From an uncultured virus (IMG/VR IMGVR_UViG_3300042560_002875) (lineage: Duplodnaviria; Heunggongvirae; Uroviricota; Caudoviricetes): a stretch of DNA of 64,000 bases. The stretch lies in the IMG/VR virus record IMGVR_UViG_3300042560_002875; one strand, 5' to 3'. Numbering within the stretch: the first letter of the stretch is position 1; each line of letters opens with the position of its first letter. The notes under the pieces are model-generated. The model was not told where the DNA came from. It saw only the letters and a program-made list of their open reading frames with translations, and made no database searches. Positions 49,180 to 58,868 of this stretch are shown here, piece by piece. Made by a program: the position numbers and the translations under genes.

Positions 49180-50091
49180 GTGATGATGACCACGAACCAG
49201 TTCAGCCATCCAACTTATACCAAGCCGTCTCTTATCGGCCTGGTGTCTCACGCGCCCGGATCCGGCAAAAGTGCTATTGCTGAAATTCTGGATATCTACC
49301 ACGGTTTCATCTGTGAGCCATTTGCCGGTCCTGTCAAGGAGTGCGCCTTGGGCGTTTTGATCAATGCTGGTGTTCTGCCTGCAGATGCAGAGGAGTATCT
49401 CTATGAGAACAAGGCAAAAGTCATTCCAGAACTTGGTGTCACGGGGCGTCATATCCTCCAGACCCTTGGCACCGACTGGGGGCGAAAGAAGATCAATCGC
49501 CGACTTTGGCTTCTTTGTTGGGAGAACACGTACCAGATCTACCTCAACGCTCGATACCATCCCATGACCGGGGTTCATTTCCCGGAGTTGGCCGACTTGC
49601 GGGTTGTCGCGGATGATGTCCGTTTTCCGGATGAAGCCGACACAATCCTCCGGCTGGGCGGTCAGCTTTGGGAGATCGTCCGCCCTGGGACACCTCGTCA
49701 TTACCCACTGCCGGAGTGGCTCAGCTGGGCGTCTCGCCTCATCCCTAGGCGCTGGCGATCCCGCTTTCATGCAAGTGAAGGGCGCCTAAGAAATTACCCT
49801 CGATTCAATCTCCGGATTGTCAATGATGGCTCCCTGGATGACCTGGAGGCCACGATCAATTTTTTGCTGAAGGAAGTGCATCAGACCTGCCCTTCTGTGG
49901 CTTCTGTTCTTGGAAAGGCTAATCATCTCTATTCCATTCCCCGGGGATACACCATCTACACCAAAGGGATGTATCGCCAAACCCTAAACATGGATACCCT
50001 TGCTGAGGACCTTGCTAAGGACCTTGCTCTTGCCTTGATCGAACATGAATCGTGCGCGACGGACGCTCCATCCATCACGAAGGCCTCATGA
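49180..50091 (+). CDS. Deoxynucleoside monophosphate kinase
   Basis: APGSGKS, FAGPVKE, LQTLGTDWGR, DDVRFPDEA, HASEG, NDGS. Confidence 0.85.
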   Translation: MMMTTNQFSHPTYTKPSLIGLVSHAPGSGKSAIAEILDIYHGFICEPFAGPVKECALGVLINAGVLPADAEEYLYENKAKVIPELGVTGRHILQTLGTDWGRKKINRRLWLLCWENTYQIYLNARYHPMTGVHFPELADLRVVADDVRFPDEADTILRLGGQLWEIVRPGTPRHYPLPEWLSWASRLIPRRWRSRFHASEGRLRNYPRFNLRIVNDGSLDDLEATINFLLKEVHQTCPSVASVLGKANHLYSIPRGYTIYTKGMYRQTLNMDTLAEDLAKDLALALIEHESCATDAPSITKAS

Positions 50092-50675
50092 TGCCTGATT
50101 TTCAATTGGACGTGAGGCTGCCCGGGGCCGCCTTTCCTCCTGAGTCCACGAATGCCAATCAGTTCTGGCTTCGAATGGCTCGAGACCTGATTGGTCTTTC
50201 AGCAACTCGGCGCCGGACTAGGGCATCCTCTGCTCTAGCCAGAAGAGATGGGCAAATCATTGCCGCAGCCGTTGATGGCTTTCCTCCTTGTGTCAACAAT
50301 TCAGCTGCCAGGGAGGCGGATTTCGCCTGTTGGGATGGCATGCACCTCGGTGCGGAAGCAGCCCTGGTTTCTCACGCGGCCTTGCATGGGACCTCTCTGC
50401 GAGGCAGCACCGTGTATTGCTGGCCCATGCTCAATTCATGCCACGACGCATCTCTGTTAATTGCTGCAGGGGTGTCGGTGATTGTTGAGCCTGACTATCA
50501 AATCCCCGCATCACGGGAAGATGCTCGTCGACTAATTCGCTCAATGGCCGCAGAAGCAGGTGTCCTCTTGGTTAGAGAACAGTTCGACGCTATCTTTGGC
50601 GCGCACTATGAAATCTGTGGTGAACACCAACTCGAACCATCCCATGCACCAAAGAGTTCGACGGACCAACCTTGA
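50088..50675 (+). CDS. dCMP-deaminase-like protein with a degenerate active site
   Basis: DGFP, GAEAA, LRGSTVY, LIAAGV; canonical HAE and PCxxC motifs altered. Confidence 0.65.
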   Translation: MMPDFQLDVRLPGAAFPPESTNANQFWLRMARDLIGLSATRRRTRASSALARRDGQIIAAAVDGFPPCVNNSAAREADFACWDGMHLGAEAALVSHAALHGTSLRGSTVYCWPMLNSCHDASLLIAAGVSVIVEPDYQIPASREDARRLIRSMAAEAGVLLVREQFDAIFGAHYEICGEHQLEPSHAPKSSTDQP

Positions 50676-51126
50676 TGGGCGAGGGCGCCTTGCAATTGTT
50701 ACAGGGGCAGAGCGCATGGAGTCTGGCATTGCGGTAATCGATGTCATCCCAGAAGGATGCACCGATGGCAAACCGCGAACATGGCGACTGACCGACTTTG
50801 AACCTCTCCCGCAGGAGAAACAGCTAGAGAGTCTTGGCGGGTCTTTCAAGCCTCCAAAGGGCTACCCAATGATTCCATCGGATGATGCCAAATGACTAAA
50901 GGAAGTGTTTTTGCTGAAGGCGACAGGGTCATCGAACGCCCGAACCCAGGCGGCCATCTTGCGCCTTCTTCTTTAGAGAAGGGCAAGCGCTTCGGCCGGC
51001 GAATTGGCAGGATCGTTGCCACCGTCTCCATGCATGGCAAATCAGGCGTTTGCGTGAATTACGCCCATGTCATTTGGGACGGGCTCAAGTCTCCCTCCAT
51101 GCACGCTGTCTCCCGACTGCAACACC

Positions 51127-51771
51127 ATGCCACGCTGGAAAATTCCTAACGATCTTCACAGCAGGATCATCCAAGGTCCACTGTGTCCATTCCTGGATCA
51201 CTCCCATGGATCCCTGGACGGTCAGATTCCCCGCTACGACGACAGCCACGCTTGCGTCCGCTGCATTGGGGCTCTCACTGAGGGACGAGTAGAGCTAAGC
51301 CTGCCACGGATTCATCCACAGTTCCGCAAGAGATTTCTTGAGTTCTGGTCTCTCGTGGACATCAGCGACCCAATGGAGTGCTGGGACTGGCAGGGCTCCT
51401 ATTACAAAGACGGCAGCTCCACCTACTTCCGCCTGAAGAGGCATTGGGGTGGAGGCCGTCAATACTCTGCGCCTCGAGTGGCCACTTGGTTCACATGGGG
51501 CGACATCGGAAGGCTGCCGGTTAAGAACATCTGCGAAAATCCCTTCTGTTGCAACCCGTTGCATATTCGAGTGCAAGGGGTCCCACACTTTTACGCCAAC
51601 AGGAAATTGGCCACGATCAAACTATTCCCTGCCGCTTCTGTCCTGATTTCTGACACCCAGTCCTACATCGAGGCTGCTCGTGACTGTTCTCCAGCCGCAT
51701 TCGCCAGGCTTGAGCGAGCCAATGCCGAATGGATCAGGCAGAGAGTGGAAGGACCCCTGGAGTCCGAGTGA
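51127..51771 (+). CDS. HNH-like (homing endonuclease-type) protein
   Basis: CWDWQG, CENPFCCNPLHI. Confidence 0.6.
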   Translation: MPRWKIPNDLHSRIIQGPLCPFLDHSHGSLDGQIPRYDDSHACVRCIGALTEGRVELSLPRIHPQFRKRFLEFWSLVDISDPMECWDWQGSYYKDGSSTYFRLKRHWGGGRQYSAPRVATWFTWGDIGRLPVKNICENPFCCNPLHIRVQGVPHFYANRKLATIKLFPAASVLISDTQSYIEAARDCSPAAFARLERANAEWIRQRVEGPLESE

Positions 51772-51861
51772 TTAAGACTGCAAGACATAGCTTGCACGAT
51801 TGCGCGCTTTAGAGTACGTTGTGCCATGTGAATCATCCGGGCCTCACCCCCGCGGTCTTCA

Positions 51862-52629
51862 ATGTCCACAAAACACGCATTCGAAGGGATGGCCCACCGC
51901 CCGGCCGAGTTGACTCACCACTTTTCATCGTGCCTGCCAGGGCCGGTTGCAAGTATTGCTCTGTCCATTTTCTTTGGGCCTCCCGAAGCATTTCCTCCTG
52001 AAGATCTCGACTCATTTACTGAGTTTTGCGCTCTCTCCAAGGGGAAGGACCTTTCCCTGGTCCTCTGGCAGTTCCTCTCCGCGGAGATCGCTTGCCTATT
52101 AAAATTGGATTCGCCTGCTGACAGGGATATGCAACGTGATTGTGCGCTCGATCCTGTCATTGCTGGCCTTGAGGTCCTTTGCGCAGGCGAGAAATGGGAC
52201 CTAGCCCAAGAAGCGCGTGCTTATGCTTACGAACTGTCTCTTTCTTGGGGGAGGCGGATCGTCAATTCATCAGCCCTCCCCACTTGCCACGACAGCAGCC
52301 CTGAAGCCAAGGCTGAAATCAAGGCAATGCTTGTAGAGTCTCACATTGCACTTTCCGCCGCAGATGCCGCTGCTGTGGCGGAAATGATCGCAGGAGGGCA
52401 ACCTCCGGAAAGCGAAGGTCTAGCTGACCTTGTTTATTGGACTATCAACCATATGTGCATCTGTCATGCCAGGGCCGCCCAAGCGGCCTTGGCTGAGGAC
52501 GCTGACTCTGCTGATGCAGTTCTCCGATCATTGGCCGCAATGAAACAGCATCGATATGTCCAGTTGGGCCGCTTGAGAACCCTGATTGAACAATCCCCAA
52601 CAGTTGACTCTCTATCCACTTCCTCATGA
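51862..52629 (+). CDS. Ala-rich phage protein, paralog of the 13704 ORF
   Basis: GKDLSLVLWQFL / DPVIAGLEVL..GEKW versus GKNLSLIHWVFL / DPVIHGMDLL..GNVW. Confidence 0.65.
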   Translation: MSTKHAFEGMAHRPAELTHHFSSCLPGPVASIALSIFFGPPEAFPPEDLDSFTEFCALSKGKDLSLVLWQFLSAEIACLLKLDSPADRDMQRDCALDPVIAGLEVLCAGEKWDLAQEARAYAYELSLSWGRRIVNSSALPTCHDSSPEAKAEIKAMLVESHIALSAADAAAVAEMIAGGQPPESEGLADLVYWTINHMCICHARAAQAALAEDADSADAVLRSLAAMKQHRYVQLGRLRTLIEQSPTVDSLSTSS

Positions 52630-53426
52630 CTGCAGCGCCCGCCCCAGAGTGGCTCATGGAAACCACCCCAGATGGGGAGGTTGCCCTTGCGCCCCTGCCT
52701 GTTCCGCCCAAATCAGAAAACCCCTTCAAGTTGTGGGTGATAGGACCTACAGGTGATATGCCGCAGCGGCGTATCTACCTTGCTCTTCACAACGATTACT
52801 CGGAAGTCCCTGTCTGGGATACCGATTTACCTGAGGACCGCTGCGGGGAAATTGTCGTCCGCCGTCTACTCAAGGGAGATCGCGGCCATTACGGCCCCCT
52901 AGAGCACGCCCATCTATCGGTGTTATTCCAAGTGGATCACGACACGATGGTTCAACTAAGGACGCATCGCATTGCCTCTTTCGATGTTCAGTCCAATCGA
53001 TACACAGGGCAGCGCTTTATCGATGTCGCCACTGGTGCGCTCCCGGTTCAGGAAGCTTTCCATTTCCGGCCCCCTGGCACCTACAGGGATCGCCAAGGGG
53101 ACCCATATCTCTGGAGCGAGCATGACAACGCCAAGCTGGCCATCGTCTACCAGAACGCTTGCCACCAGTATCACGAACTCAGAAGACAGGGGATATCAGA
53201 GGAGCACGCCAGGCAAGTTTTGCCGGGAGCCTTTCTCCAAAATGTTTTTCTAACCATGAATGCTCGTATGTGGTTGCACCTGCTTGATGTGCGCCTCAAG
53301 CCAGATGCTCAGTACGAAATTCGCTGGGTTATGGAACTTCTGACTGGCGCCATTCGAAATTGGATTCCCGAGATTGCCAATTGGTACTCAGCTAACCGCC
53401 AGGGCAAAGCCCGGCTTGCCCCATGA
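52626..53426 (+). CDS. thyX: FAD-dependent thymidylate synthase
   Basis: GHYGPLEH, QLRTHR.ASFDVQS.RY, EHARQVLP, AQYEIR. Confidence 0.92.
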   Translation: MTAAPAPEWLMETTPDGEVALAPLPVPPKSENPFKLWVIGPTGDMPQRRIYLALHNDYSEVPVWDTDLPEDRCGEIVVRRLLKGDRGHYGPLEHAHLSVLFQVDHDTMVQLRTHRIASFDVQSNRYTGQRFIDVATGALPVQEAFHFRPPGTYRDRQGDPYLWSEHDNAKLAIVYQNACHQYHELRRQGISEEHARQVLPGAFLQNVFLTMNARMWLHLLDVRLKPDAQYEIRWVMELLTGAIRNWIPEIANWYSANRQGKARLAP

Positions 53427-53866
53427 AGAGACCCGATCGCGCCACCCTGCTCAAGAGCTTCTTCCAGGAACTTGGCGACACGCTCACGAAGGCAGATACA
53501 GAGGAGCAAATTGCCCTCAATACCAGGGCCTGTGAAGTGATCCTCGCGGACCACATCAAGCACTTTGATCGGTTCTACGAAAAGCAAGGACCTGGCATCA
53601 TGTGCATCAATTTGGCCAACAAGGGCTCAGCGGCCTACTACCTCACGATTGATGATTTTCAAGCTGACCTCAAAGTTGCCAAAAGCCTCGACCAGATCGA
53701 CATTCATCAGATGCTCGAATCCCTGATCAAGGAGATCGAAGCTGCCAACTTCAAGGAGAAGGTCCTGCTCATGTTGATTGACAACAGCCAAAGCAGCTTG
53801 CTTCCTATCCCCCGGGATCACCCAGCCAAGGGAATCCAGGAGCTGCAGGAGAGACTCACGGTATGA
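53423..53866 (+). CDS. Hypothetical protein
   Basis: 147-aa coupled ORF. Confidence 0.6.
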   Translation: MKRPDRATLLKSFFQELGDTLTKADTEEQIALNTRACEVILADHIKHFDRFYEKQGPGIMCINLANKGSAAYYLTIDDFQADLKVAKSLDQIDIHQMLESLIKEIEAANFKEKVLLMLIDNSQSSLLPIPRDHPAKGIQELQERLTV

Positions 53867-54050
53867 ATTTCGGTACGTTTACAACGGATGATGGAAATAT
53901 CCTTATTCCCAAAGAGCTCTACGAAGCGATCCACGGCCTTTGCCATGGAAGCGATTGGAACCATGGCACCCATGCCCGAATTCACCGTCCGACGATTCGG
54001 CGCATCATGGGCGAACTGGATGGAACTCTTCCAGTGATGGATCCCCAGCC

Positions 54051-54680
54051 ATGAGTCAGCAGCCCCGGCGTGAGTTGATACCACCAAGGGCTGTTATTGA
54101 GATTGCTAGAAGCACCATGGGTGGGATCGATCTTGATCCCTACAGCACCGCGGAGGTGAACCATGTCGTCCAGGCCGCTCGCTATCTGGATCGATCGCCC
54201 CACATTGATGTTGCAGCAGGGCGCCACTGGAGTCCATCGGGAAGCAAGCGTGTCTTCCTGGGAGTTCCCAGTGGGGTGCCCCTTGGCAAGGCCATGGCCA
54301 ACAAGCTTCTGAAGGAATACCGAGCTGGCCACATCTGGGAGGCCATCCTCTGGCCCGGCTCCAACGAGGTCATTACGCGATGTCCCTGGATTTGGGACTT
54401 TCCAGTTTGCTTCCCGTTCAGCAGGCTCGCTCCCCAGTTCTGGGACGACGAACTGGAGGAGGCCGTTCGTGTACCGCCAGCGGACTGGTCCCCGATCGTC
54501 TACCTCCCTAGTGCGTTCCCCTCCACTGCATTCAATTCGTCCCTGGCCAGGTTCCATGCAGCAGCGTCACACCATGGGCGAGTTGTTCTCGATCAATGGA
54601 GCGGAGAAAGCCGTTGGAAGGATTCCTATCGCGCTTCTTTAAGGCGTGATTACGACGACGCATTGCCTGGAGCGGAGTGA
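54051..54680 (+). CDS. Phage DNA adenine methyltransferase-like protein lacking NPPY
   Basis: MGGIDLDPYS...N..V.A motif I; RVFLGVPS where NPPY is expected. Confidence 0.6.
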   Translation: MSQQPRRELIPPRAVIEIARSTMGGIDLDPYSTAEVNHVVQAARYLDRSPHIDVAAGRHWSPSGSKRVFLGVPSGVPLGKAMANKLLKEYRAGHIWEAILWPGSNEVITRCPWIWDFPVCFPFSRLAPQFWDDELEEAVRVPPADWSPIVYLPSAFPSTAFNSSLARFHAAASHHGRVVLDQWSGESRWKDSYRASLRRDYDDALPGAE

Positions 54681-55306
54681 TCTCAGTGCCACACCTACCC
54701 TGGGCAGAAAGCGACGATGACGAGTTCTACCATCCATCTCACGGGTGGTACCTCTTGAGTCGCTCGATCATCCATGATGGATGGCTTTCTTGGCGTCATG
54801 CCATTCCAGATTGCGTGCAAGCTCGGCAAGAGATGCCGCTCGATGTCAGCGCATCGATTGCTTTCCTGGCTCAGGCTCTGCATGACGTCCACATGACGAT
54901 TCCCGGGTACGGAGATCTGGATGACACCCCGTTTCGGGTTTTCCGTTGGTGGGATCCAGAAGCTGATGACGAATGGCAGACGGGATGCTGCATCCTGTTT
55001 CGTTACAACCCGCCATGTCCACTGCTGGAGGACAGGCCAGCAGCAGTCTTTCAATCAGCCTGGGAGGCCAAGTACAGCTGGGAATCTAAGTACAAGCAAG
55101 ACCCACCGGCCAGGCTGATCGCTGTAAGCAACAGGCACCTGGAGGCAACGCTCGTCAGGACACCGTCAGTGCTGAACCCCTGGATCGGGACCGGCTCTCC
55201 GGCTCCGGCGAACCGCCAAAGCTCTTCGAGTCGCCGTAAGTCCCGGACCCTTCCTCCTGGAAGACTCGATCAGCCGAACGACGCTCAGCAGCTCGAGCAG
55301 CACTGA
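54677..55306 (+). CDS. Hypothetical protein
   Basis: 209-aa coupled ORF. Confidence 0.55.
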   Translation: MISVPHLPWAESDDDEFYHPSHGWYLLSRSIIHDGWLSWRHAIPDCVQARQEMPLDVSASIAFLAQALHDVHMTIPGYGDLDDTPFRVFRWWDPEADDEWQTGCCILFRYNPPCPLLEDRPAAVFQSAWEAKYSWESKYKQDPPARLIAVSNRHLEATLVRTPSVLNPWIGTGSPAPANRQSSSSRRKSRTLPPGRLDQPNDAQQLEQH

Positions 55307-55527
55307 CTCTTCCGCCAGTGCCAAACTCGGTTCCCTTGGGACCGCTTTCGTAGCCGGCTCTTTCGCTATTGATGGAGCGGGTCTGGCTTCTTGCGGAGGC
55401 CAGCATGGATCTGGTCAAGGCTTCTCTGCGCGCTTCTCCATTCTTTGACGCCCCCTGGGCCTGCTTATATCTCCTGTCCAAGTAAACCGGCCCCGAGACC
55501 AACCCAGTCTAGGGGTGGTTCCACTCA

Positions 55528-56010
55528 TCATCGATCCCCTGGGGCCGGCATTCCCGCTCGGCGCATTTTCTCTTGTATTCCTGCCATGCGCTCATTCATC
55601 TCAGCAATGGCCTGGGCGGTGGACTGTCCCATATCAGCAGCGGGTGAACTAAATCCTGGCTGGGACCTTGATGCCGCGGCTGCTCTCAATCGAGCCAACT
55701 CCTCTGCCTGGGCCTGGGCCTGGGCGTAAGCGATTTTCTGTTGCTCTGCTTGCGCCATGGCCGCCAGTACCTCGCTCATGGCAAGAGATACTTGTCTCTG
55801 GACGATTTCCTGGATACGCAAATCCATCCCATCGAGCTCGTTCTCGATGATGCCTTCTGTTTCCTCTACCAGCTTGGCGTAGGCCGGGCCAAATTCCCTG
55901 AGGATTTTCTCTGTCCTCCTCCCATTCCGGCGAGAGAAGTACCAGCCACTGCTGGCCCCGCTTGCGATTCCGAGGAACCACAGGATGGACATCAATCCGG
56001 TAGAGATCAT
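55528..56010 (-). CDS. Membrane-anchored coiled-coil protein
   Basis: N-terminal hydrophobic helix; Q/A-rich coil. Confidence 0.55.
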   Translation of the reverse strand: MISTGLMSILWFLGIASGASSGWYFSRRNGRRTEKILREFGPAYAKLVEETEGIIENELDGMDLRIQEIVQRQVSLAMSEVLAAMAQAEQQKIAYAQAQAQAEELARLRAAAASRSQPGFSSPAADMGQSTAQAIAEMNERMAGIQEKMRRAGMPAPGDR

Positions 56011-56088
56011 GGGGCTTGGCGAACGTAGTGCATGCCTGGGCTGTCGCCCTGCGGTAAATGTACCAGTTTCACCCCATCAAGGCGAATT

Positions 56089-56382
56089 TCAGAATTGCTT
56101 TTCTTTTTCGCCCTCTTCCCTCCGAAGACGTGGGTTGTACGTGTTGAAGCCCAGAGCCCAGCTGGCCATGCCGATGGCTCCTGCGATGAGGCCGCCTTCT
56201 GAATTCAGCCCCGCAGCTTGGCGACCGTCCTGCCAGCAGGCTTTGACCTCTCCGCCAGAGCGCCGGCAGTCCCAGATATACACGGCACCAAAAGCCAAGC
56301 TAGCCGCCATGGCAAGAACAGCAACAGAGCCAGCGGCAACAGCTGGGCGTGCTCCGACGCCAGGAACAGGTGTAGATGCCAT
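56089..56382 (-). CDS. Small two-TM membrane protein (holin candidate)
   Basis: Two hydrophobic helices, charged C-terminus, near the lysozyme gene. Confidence 0.45.
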   Translation of the reverse strand: MASTPVPGVGARPAVAAGSVAVLAMAASLAFGAVYIWDCRRSGGEVKACWQDGRQAAGLNSEGGLIAGAIGMASWALGFNTYNPRLRREEGEKEKQF

Positions 56383-56443
56383 AGCGCCGGGACCAAATCA
56401 ATGCGAACCTATTCTGGCAGAAACGCATGACCTCTCTTTCACC

Positions 56444-56773
56444 ATGGATCTCCGCGAGTACCAGATTCGCTCCTCCCAGTTTGCGATCTATCCCGACTGC
56501 GGCAGTAACCCCATCTACCCCACCCTGGGCCTCTGCGGTGAATCAGGGGAGGTGGCAGAGAAAGTCAAAAAGGTGATTCGTGACAAGGAGGGCCACTTTG
56601 ATGGCGCCGCCATCACGGCCATCACTCTTGAATTGGGTGACGTGCTTTGGTACGTGGCGCAGTTGGCCAATGAGCTGGACATCGACCTCGGGGATGTCGC
56701 CGCCAACAACCTAGACAAACTGGCCAACCGGCAACATAGGGGCGTGCTCAGCGGCAGCGGGGACGATCGGTAA
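56444..56773 (+). CDS. mazG: MazG-like nucleotide pyrophosphohydrolase
   Basis: LGLCGESGEVAEKVKK, ELGDVLWY, N..KL..R..RG.L.GSGD.R. Confidence 0.92.
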   Translation: MDLREYQIRSSQFAIYPDCGSNPIYPTLGLCGESGEVAEKVKKVIRDKEGHFDGAAITAITLELGDVLWYVAQLANELDIDLGDVAANNLDKLANRQHRGVLSGSGDDR

Positions 56774-58063
56774 CTACCCCTTCCAGTGGAATGGGAATCG
56801 CTTGATCGATTCGTGTCGCAATTCCACCAACCGCTCAGCAGCCTCCTTCGGGAGGCTCCCGCCTGGGAGGCCTATGTGGATATGTGTTCCGTGTCCTCTG
56901 GGATCATTGTGGGGGCCAAAGATTTCAGCTCCGGTTCCAGCCAGGGCGTTTTGGACTTGTTGCGCGTACCACGTCTTCCTTGGAAGCCAGGAGTTTTTGG
57001 GTTCGTCTGGATCCTGCCAATCGGTGGCGTCGATGGCTTTACCGATGTAGTGCAAAGAATTCTCTGAGTGTTTGCCCACTCCGCCAAAGTCTGGATGCTC
57101 TCTCACCCTGAGTCCTGCGCCCTGAAGCATCTTCCCAAGGTCTGTGATTTTCACCATCGCCCCGCCCCTTTTACTGGCGCGTGCTACCGCTGGAGGTGCT
57201 CCCGTAGTAGCAGCAGCGGCGGGGGCGGCAGGGACTGGCGAGGCCTCTGGTGAATCCGACAGGATGGCCTGCACCAGCGACGGAAAGAATCCTCCTGCGG
57301 CCATCCTGGGGGCTTCTTGCCCGGCGCCCTGGGAGCGCTCTGCTCCGCCTCTCCCGTTCAGCCCAGCGATGGCGCCAACAAGTGGAGCAAAGGCTCCAGC
57401 AACACCGCCGCCCAGTAGGGCACTCGTGAACGGTGAGACCTGTCGATTCCGGGGAGCACTCAATGATGTGATCGGCCTAGATGAGGCCGTGTCGTCATCG
57501 CCGCCGCCCAGCATGGATTTCAGCAGGGTGCGCGTAAAGCTGTCGTTCTCTGGTGGACTAGGGGATGGCGTCGCTGGGGCTGGAGCCGGGGCGCCCCCGC
57601 CTTTAGAGAGAGCTGCAATCTGTGAGTCGTAGAACTTCTTGAGCTCTGGATACTGCTTGACGGGCTGCCCGTAGTAGCTCGTGCCTTTCATCGTCGGGAA
57701 CGATGCCCACTCTGGAGCCAGCTTGGCGGCCACATCCGGAGTGAAGCCTTCTTTGTTGATCAGGTCCCGGGCGCCACGCTGCCTGACCAGCTCAAGTGCT
57801 GCGAAGTCTTGAGACTGAGGCCCAAAATCCTTGAGCCCTAGGCGCTGTTGCAGTGGGCGCCAAGTACCCGGCATGATCTGGTAGGCACCCGCAGCGGCAC
57901 TCCTGTAGCCACCGGAAGCGACGACCCGGTCAGGATGCCGCTCCAGTGACGGTACCATGCCTCCCCCGAACACCACCTGGTATCCGTCGGGCTTCCCATC
58001 CCGCCAGGTGCCTTCTGCGTGCCTGATGGTATTGAGAAGGGCGCGCTCTTGAATTGTTGTCAT
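56774..58063 (-). CDS. Lambda-type lysozyme plus C-terminal M15-like Zn peptidase domain
   Basis: IRHAEGT, AAGAYQI, QD.AA, EWASFP, YYGQP; C-terminal SLHY.GKAID...HIH. Confidence 0.85.
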   Translation of the reverse strand: MTTIQERALLNTIRHAEGTWRDGKPDGYQVVFGGGMVPSLERHPDRVVASGGYRSAAAGAYQIMPGTWRPLQQRLGLKDFGPQSQDFAALELVRQRGARDLINKEGFTPDVAAKLAPEWASFPTMKGTSYYGQPVKQYPELKKFYDSQIAALSKGGGAPAPAPATPSPSPPENDSFTRTLLKSMLGGGDDDTASSRPITSLSAPRNRQVSPFTSALLGGGVAGAFAPLVGAIAGLNGRGGAERSQGAGQEAPRMAAGGFFPSLVQAILSDSPEASPVPAAPAAAATTGAPPAVARASKRGGAMVKITDLGKMLQGAGLRVREHPDFGGVGKHSENSLHYIGKAIDATDWQDPDEPKNSWLPRKTWYAQQVQNALAGTGAEIFGPHNDPRGHGTHIHIGLPGGSLPKEAAERLVELRHESIKRFPFHWKG

Positions 58064-58431
58064 AGATCCCAGTCTCCGTCTTCTTCCATGGCGATATCAC
58101 TGAAGTCAATGTCCATGCCGTGGAAAGCCTGGAAAGCTTGAATGCGCTCTTCTGCGTAGCGCTCCACGTCTTCTGTGCTGGGCCTCCCCCCGAAGACCTG
58201 TACTAGCTCCTCCCCTGAATCAGGAAGACCGCAATCGAAGTCGTCGACAATCTCGATTTGCGTGGCAATCCCCGCCTCTGCAGCGACCTCTCGGAAGTGG
58301 TGGGCTAGGGAGAAGATCTTGGCCTGAGCCGTGATCACCAGATCCAGCAGCTCGGCTTGGGATGCTTGATGCAGGCTGTCCCTCATGCGACGCAGGATGA
58401 ATTCCTCCTCCATCGTCAGCTCACCAGTCAT
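58060..58431 (-). CDS. Acidic hypothetical protein
   Basis: 123-aa ORF coupled to the lysozyme gene. Confidence 0.6.
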   Translation of the reverse strand: MTGELTMEEEFILRRMRDSLHQASQAELLDLVITAQAKIFSLAHHFREVAAEAGIATQIEIVDDFDCGLPDSGEELVQVFGGRPSTEDVERYAEERIQAFQAFHGMDIDFSDIAMEEDGDWDL

Positions 58432-58573
58432 TCAGTGCTCCTGCCCTAGACCCAATCTAAAGCCTGCGCAACTCCACCCATCTTGCTTTTGCGCATGATG
58501 TGTCTTACGCTCCGCCAGCCCCACCTCGACCCCTATGCCAACAACCCATCGCAGGAGCGCGGGTGCTGGCTCC

Positions 58574-58801
58574 ATGTCCTCCGTAAAGATTTCCGTCCCT
58601 ATCGCCAGGCGGGACTGGTTCAAGACCCGGGCCGCCGCTGCTGTCCTGGGCTGCAGTGAACGCACTCTGCGCAGACGGTTGGAGCAGGAGCACTGGATAG
58701 AGGGGGTCCACTGGCGCTGGGTCACTGCCAGGCAGAGGGCAACCCTCGAAATCAATCTCCCAGCCGTGGTGCGCCTGATGAATGCCCGTGGCTGGGTCTA
58801 A
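58574..58801 (+). CDS. Small HTH DNA-binding protein (excisionase-like)
   Basis: AAAVLGCSERTLRR, WIEGVHWR. Confidence 0.6.
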   Translation: MSSVKISVPIARRDWFKTRAAAAVLGCSERTLRRRLEQEHWIEGVHWRWVTARQRATLEINLPAVVRLMNARGWV

Positions 58802-58868
58802 CCCGCCCCCGCCAGGCCGTTGAGGCTGGTCAGCAGGGCCTGAAGGATGTGCTCGCGGCGGGAGGTGG

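Noticed and set aside
27574..56773. DNA hypermodification pathway (GT2, GP88-like, dNMP kinase, MazG, dcd)
   Set aside because: Genes are scattered and no PurZ, hydroxymethylase or deazaguanine genes are recognisable; ordinary dTTP supply explains most of them.
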